A stretch of DNA of 64,000 nt from Candidatus Ratteibacteria bacterium (lineage in GTDB: Bacteria > Ratteibacteria > UBA8468 > B48-G9 > JAFGKM01), in NCBI GenBank assembly GCA_046296715.1, contig JBKBIN010000001.1, positions 1 through 64,000 on the forward strand. Direction: 5' to 3'. The translations under genes were made by a program, and so were the position numbers. This document shows, piece by piece, positions 59,593 through 64,000 of the stretch. The stretch's first letter is position 1. Each line of letters begins with the position of its first letter. The notes beneath the pieces are model-generated. The model had not been told where the DNA came from. It worked only from the letters and a program-made list of their open reading frames with translations, and made no database searches.

Positions 59593-60558
59593 ATGAAAAA
59601 AATAGGAGTTATAACAACAGGTGGAGATGCTCCTGGAATGAATGCCACTATAAGAAGTGTTGTTAGAACTGCAATTTATAATAATGTTGAAGTGATAGGA
59701 ATTTATGAAGGATTCAAAGGACTATATGAGAAAAAAATTGAAAAATTAACTTCAAGAAATGTAAGTGGAATAATAAATCAAGGTGGAACAATATTAAAAA
59801 CAAAAAGATTTTATGAGTTTAAAAATAAAGAAGTAAGGGAGATTTGTTATAAAAATCTTAAAGAAGAAATGATTGAAGGACTTATTGTGATTGGAGGAGA
59901 TGGTTCTGCAAAAGGTGCGTATTTACTTTATTCTGAATTTAATTTTCCAGTTGTTCATATTCCTGCTTCAATTGATAACGATATTTATGGAACTGATTAT
60001 ACAATTGGTTTTGATACAGCAGTAAATACAGCAATAGATGCAATAGATAAAATTAGAGATACTGCAACAAGCCATGAAAGAACATTTATTATAGAAGTAA
60101 TGGGCAGAGAATCTGGAAATCTTGCACTCGAAATAGGAATAGTTTGTGGAGCAGAAATTGTTATACTTCCTGAGATTGAATTAAATATTGAAGATATCGT
60201 TCAAGAAATCAAAGAAGAAGAAAAAAAAGGTAAAAAAAGTTGTATAATAGTTCTTGCTGAAGGTGCTGGAAAAGCTGAAAATTTAGCAAAAATTTTGTCT
60301 GAAAAATTACCTGAAAGAGAGATAAAATATACTGTTTTAGGATATATTCAAAGAGGAGGAAGACCTACATATTTAACAAGGAAACTTGCAACAATTTTAG
60401 GAAATAAAGCTGTAGAACTACTACTTAATAATAAATATGGGTATATGGTCGGAATAAAAGGTAACGAAATTGTTGAGGTTCCTCTTATTGATGTTGTTAC
60501 AAAAAAGAAAGAACCAAATTTTGACTATCTAAATGTTATAAAAAAGATGGCGATTTAA
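59593..60558 (+). CDS. pfkA: ATP-dependent 6-phosphofructokinase
   Basis: TGGDAPGMNA, IGGDGS, SIDND, EVMGR, LGYIQRGG. Confidence 0.95.
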   Translation: MKKIGVITTGGDAPGMNATIRSVVRTAIYNNVEVIGIYEGFKGLYEKKIEKLTSRNVSGIINQGGTILKTKRFYEFKNKEVREICYKNLKEEMIEGLIVIGGDGSAKGAYLLYSEFNFPVVHIPASIDNDIYGTDYTIGFDTAVNTAIDAIDKIRDTATSHERTFIIEVMGRESGNLALEIGIVCGAEIVILPEIELNIEDIVQEIKEEEKKGKKSCIIVLAEGAGKAENLAKILSEKLPEREIKYTVLGYIQRGGRPTYLTRKLATILGNKAVELLLNNKYGYMVGIKGNEIVEVPLIDVVTKKKEPNFDYLNVIKKMAI

Positions 60559-60575
60559 GGTATAATTAATATAAT

Positions 60576-60647
60576 GGCCTGGTAGCCAAGCGGGAAGGCA
60601 GCGGTCTGCAAAACCGCTATTCGCCGGTTCAAATCCGGCCCAGGCCT
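60576..60647 (+). tRNA. tRNA-Cys(GCA), CCA not encoded
   Basis: Acceptor stem GGCCTGG/CCAGGCC, anticodon arm GCGGT-CTGCAAA-ACCGC, T-loop GGTTCAAATCC, discriminator U. Confidence 0.95.
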
Positions 60648-60648
60648 A

Positions 60649-62241
60649 TTATAATTCAATAAAATTCCATTTGAAAGGCGGAGTTAAGTATCCTAAATAT
60701 TTATCAACAGAAATTTTTCCTTGTTCAAGAGTTTCATTCCAAGTTTCAAATCTAAAAAACTCTTTCCAGTTTTCAAATTTATTTCCTTTTTTCCAGACAT
60801 TATAAATTATACTTGCCAAGTCCTCATCTCCCCTTCCAAGTAAACATTCTATGAAACTGGCTTCATATGATTGAAAGTTAAATTTTACATAATTATTTTT
60901 TTTAAGTTTTTCAGTTATATAGTTTCTTTTCTCTTCATATTCTTCTTTTTTAATAAATCTTTCAGATTGAAAAAAAGTATGTGGTTTTGGGACAAATGTA
61001 TTGAAAGAAATATTAAGATTTATTATTTTTGAAATTTCTTTTATAAGTTTAACAATGTCTTCTATATCTTTTTGCGTTTCCTGAGGTAGACCAATCATAA
61101 AATATAATTTTATGTGTCTGTAATTGTTTGTTTTTGCTTGATTTGCAAGTTTCAAAATTTCTTCATCTTTTATATTTTTACCAATTTTTATTCTCAAATT
61201 CTCACTTGTCTCAGGAGCAAAAGTTAAATTTGTCTTTTTTATTTCTTTTATTTTTTGTGCAAGTTGAAAAGAAAAAGTATCTATTCTTAGTGAAGGAAAA
61301 GAAATAGAAACATTTTTCCTTTTAAATTCTTCTACTAATTTTGTTATAATTTTTTCTATTTGAGGATGGTCACCTGCAGAAAATGATAAAAGAGAGATTT
61401 CTTCATATCCTGTATTTTTGTATGTCTGTTTTGCAATTTCTAAAATCTTATCCCAATTTCTAATTCTCACAGGTTTCCAGCAACTACCTGCTTGACAAAA
61501 TTTACATCCTTGAATACAGCCTCTCATTATCTCTATTGAAATTTTGTCATGAATAATTTTAGTTAAAGGGACTATATACCTCACAGGAAAAAATGCCTCA
61601 TTTAAATCTTTAACAAATGCTTTTTTAACTTTTTTCTTGTTAAATAAAGGAACAAAAATTGATTCTATTTTATTTAAATTTTCAAGAATTTTAAATCTGT
61701 TTCCCTTATACTCTTTTATTATATCAATTACTATATTCCAAAGTTCTTCTGCTTCACCAATAAAAAATGCATCAACAAAAGGAGTAAGTGGAAGTGGATT
61801 AAAAGTTGAATTTCCTCCAACCATTATTATAGGATCTTGATTTTTTCTATCTTTTGAAAAAATTGGTATATCTGAAAGAAAAAGAATATTTAAAAAATTG
61901 GTGAAATTAAGTTCAGATGATAAACTTATTCCGATTAAGTCAAATAAAAAAAGAGGGGATTTTGTTTCAAGAGTAAAGAGAGGAATTTTCTTCTTTCTTA
62001 ATAAATTTTCCATATCAATCCAGGGAAGAAAAAATCTTTCACAAATACAGTCGTCTCTTTCATTGGAAAGTCCATATAAAATCCTCAGACCCAGAGACGA
62101 CATCCCAACTTCATAAATATCAGGATAACCAAGAGCAATTCTTACTTTACCTTGCTTTTTTATATATATATTTATCTCTTTTCCTAAATATCTTGCTGGA
62201 TTTTCAACTAAAGAAAGCAATTTTTCAATTTCATGAGACAT
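60649..62241 (-). CDS. TIGR03960-family B12-binding radical SAM protein
   Basis: PARYLGKE, YPDIYEVGMS, EIMRGCIQGCKFCQAG, TFAPE, YFMIGLP. Confidence 0.88.
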   Translation of the reverse strand: MSHEIEKLLSLVENPARYLGKEINIYIKKQGKVRIALGYPDIYEVGMSSLGLRILYGLSNERDDCICERFFLPWIDMENLLRKKKIPLFTLETKSPLFLFDLIGISLSSELNFTNFLNILFLSDIPIFSKDRKNQDPIIMVGGNSTFNPLPLTPFVDAFFIGEAEELWNIVIDIIKEYKGNRFKILENLNKIESIFVPLFNKKKVKKAFVKDLNEAFFPVRYIVPLTKIIHDKISIEIMRGCIQGCKFCQAGSCWKPVRIRNWDKILEIAKQTYKNTGYEEISLLSFSAGDHPQIEKIITKLVEEFKRKNVSISFPSLRIDTFSFQLAQKIKEIKKTNLTFAPETSENLRIKIGKNIKDEEILKLANQAKTNNYRHIKLYFMIGLPQETQKDIEDIVKLIKEISKIINLNISFNTFVPKPHTFFQSERFIKKEEYEEKRNYITEKLKKNNYVKFNFQSYEASFIECLLGRGDEDLASIIYNVWKKGNKFENWKEFFRFETWNETLEQGKISVDKYLGYLTPPFKWNFIEL

Positions 62242-62243
62242 TT

Positions 62244-63335
62244 CTAAAATAGTGTTGAATGTTTTTCAATGCTTGATAGAAGTATAACCGATAAAATAGA
62301 AACTATCAAGCAAGAACCACCATAACTTACAAAAGGAAGAGGGATCCCAACAATCGGAAAAATTCCAAGTGTCATGCCAAGATTTATTATAAAATGTGCT
62401 GAAAACATAACAAAAATTCCGGTTGAAATAAGTTTTCCAAACATATTTTTGGATAGACAGATAATTTCATAAATTTTAATAAGAAAGTAATAATAAATTA
62501 AAACAAAAATTATCACACCTATAAAACCAAATTCCTCTGCAAGAACACAAAAAATAAAATCAGTGTGATATTCTGGAAGAAAAGCAAGTTTCGTCTGAGT
62601 ACCTTTCATAAAACCTTTACCAATAAGACCACCTGACCCTATTGTAATTTTCGATTGAAGTAAATTATACCCTTTCCCAAGTGGGTCTCTCATAGGGTTT
62701 ATAAAAGTTAAAATTCTTTCTCTCTGATAGTCCTTCATTATTGCCCATATTAAAGGAGAGGAGAAAATTGTAATTAGTAAAATTGTAAGTAATTGTTTTC
62801 TTGTTATTCCAGCAATGTATGTTATTCCAATAAAAATAAACATAAAGACGATAGCAGTTCCAAGATTTGGTTGTTTAAAAACAAGAAAAAATGGAATTGC
62901 AACAATAAGGAAAGATACAAATAGAACATAAAAGTTCTTAATGTCTCTTTTAGATAAATAAGATGATAAAGTTAATATTATGACCAATTTAGCAAATTCA
63001 GAAGGTTGAAAATAAAACCAACCAAGTCCTATCCATCTTGATGCTCTCCCCTCCCCTTTTATTAAAACTATAGAAAGCAAAATAATTGTTAGAAAATAAA
63101 AAAAATATGAAATTTTTTCTAAATTTCTATAATCGCTATTTTTAAACACTTTAACAAAAATAGTTCCTAATATTACCCACATGATCTGCTTTATAAAAAA
63201 ACCCTCTCTTGTAAGAATAACTCCTTTTGATGCACTGAAAAGAATAATAAGTCCTATAAAAATCAAGATATAACTTAGAAAAATTATGTCTTTTGAAATT
63301 ATACTATTCTTCAAATATTTCAGTTTCTGTTTCAT
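62244..63335 (-). CDS. rodA: Rod shape-determining protein RodA
   Basis: FQPSEFAK, QPNLGT, YQRERI, GSGG, LPEYHTDFIF, LPFVSYGGS; follows PBP2. Confidence 0.93.
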   Translation of the reverse strand: MKQKLKYLKNSIISKDIIFLSYILIFIGLIILFSASKGVILTREGFFIKQIMWVILGTIFVKVFKNSDYRNLEKISYFFYFLTIILLSIVLIKGEGRASRWIGLGWFYFQPSEFAKLVIILTLSSYLSKRDIKNFYVLFVSFLIVAIPFFLVFKQPNLGTAIVFMFIFIGITYIAGITRKQLLTILLITIFSSPLIWAIMKDYQRERILTFINPMRDPLGKGYNLLQSKITIGSGGLIGKGFMKGTQTKLAFLPEYHTDFIFCVLAEEFGFIGVIIFVLIYYYFLIKIYEIICLSKNMFGKLISTGIFVMFSAHFIINLGMTLGIFPIVGIPLPFVSYGGSCLIVSILSVILLSSIEKHSTLF

Positions 63336-64000
63336 TTTCTTCCTCTATTTTTTCTGGTAAAAATATTCTTTTCAATATTTTCCCAGCAATTTGTGCTGCT
63401 TGAGAAGAAGAACCATAATCAAGAAATACAACAACAGCGATTTTTGGATTATCAAAAGGTGCATAACAAACAAAAGCACCATGGGTTGGCAATTCAGCTT
63501 CAGATGCAGCCCTCTGAGCAGTCCCAGTTTTACCTGCAATTTCAAGCCCTTCAACTTGCGCTCGTGTCCCAGTCCCAAAAATAACAACATTTCTCAATCC
63601 TTTTCTCAATATATCAAGGACCTCTGAATCTATATATACAGTTTTTTTCACAATTGGTATAGATTCTTTTAAAATATCACCTTTAGATGTAATTATTTTT
63701 TTAACTATAAATGGTTGCCAGATATTTCCACCATTTGCAATAGTTGCTATAAGGGATAAAAGTTGAATTGGTGTAGTTGTAATTGGTCCCTGTCCAATAG
63801 AAAGATTTAAAGGATCTGTTTCTTTAGGAGACGGAATATAACCACTTGCCTCCCCAGGTAAATCAATGCCTGTTTTTTTACCAAGTTCAAATTTTTTCGC
63901 ATACTCAATAATCTGTGCGACTCCAACTTTCATGCCGATAGTTCCAAAAAAAACATTACATGAAAAAGGTAATGCAAGATTTATATCAACCCAACCATGT
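63304..64000 (-). CDS. mrdA: Penicillin-binding protein 2, C-terminal part (runs off the window)
   Basis: TGIDLPGE, SIGQG, AGKTGTAQ; upstream of rodA. Confidence 0.88.
   Translation of the reverse strand, partial: HGWVDINLALPFSCNVFFGTIGMKVGVAQIIEYAKKFELGKKTGIDLPGEASGYIPSPKETDPLNLSIGQGPITTTPIQLLSLIATIANGGNIWQPFIVKKIITSKGDILKESIPIVKKTVYIDSEVLDILRKGLRNVVIFGTGTRAQVEGLEIAGKTGTAQRAASEAELPTHGAFVCYAPFDNPKIAVVVFLDYGSSSQAAQIAGKILKRIFLPEKIEEENETETEIFEE

Noticed and set aside
636..63627. Many short ORFs antisense to or nested in longer genes (e.g. 636-944, 23108-23626, 28474-28662, 46261-46710)
   Set aside because: Shadow ORFs of AT-rich coding sequence, F/S/I/L-rich with no motifs

Overview
AT-rich bacterial chromosomal window from a diderm organism (pal, lipid A acyltransferase; the pal-LysM synteny hints at a PVC-type lineage, by inference only). 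It starts with the 3' part of an IS481-like transposase, then pal, a LysM lipoprotein, TlpA, a CBM9-like protein and uvrA. About 8-28.6 kb is a single minus-strand hybrid CRISPR-Cas locus: a 14-repeat array, a type I-B (Tneap/Cst-like) module, a type III-B module with Csx1 and Csx3, and one cas6. Its unusual features are a 539-aa Cas7 with a ~235-aa internally repetitive insert, a short Cas8 whose C-terminal (Cas11-like) domain is a separate gene, and three different nucleotidyltransferase toxin-antitoxin-like modules wedged between core cas genes, one with only a 25-codon HEPN stub. The rest is housekeeping: cimA, cmk-frr-pyrH-metG, pyrDK, lipid genes, compact AddAB, rpmE-prfA-prmC, murA-dapB-dapL, a catalytically degenerate PurE, LacD-type aldolase-pfkA, tRNA-Cys and rodA-mrdA. 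All calls are from motif recognition by eye; no database searches were run.
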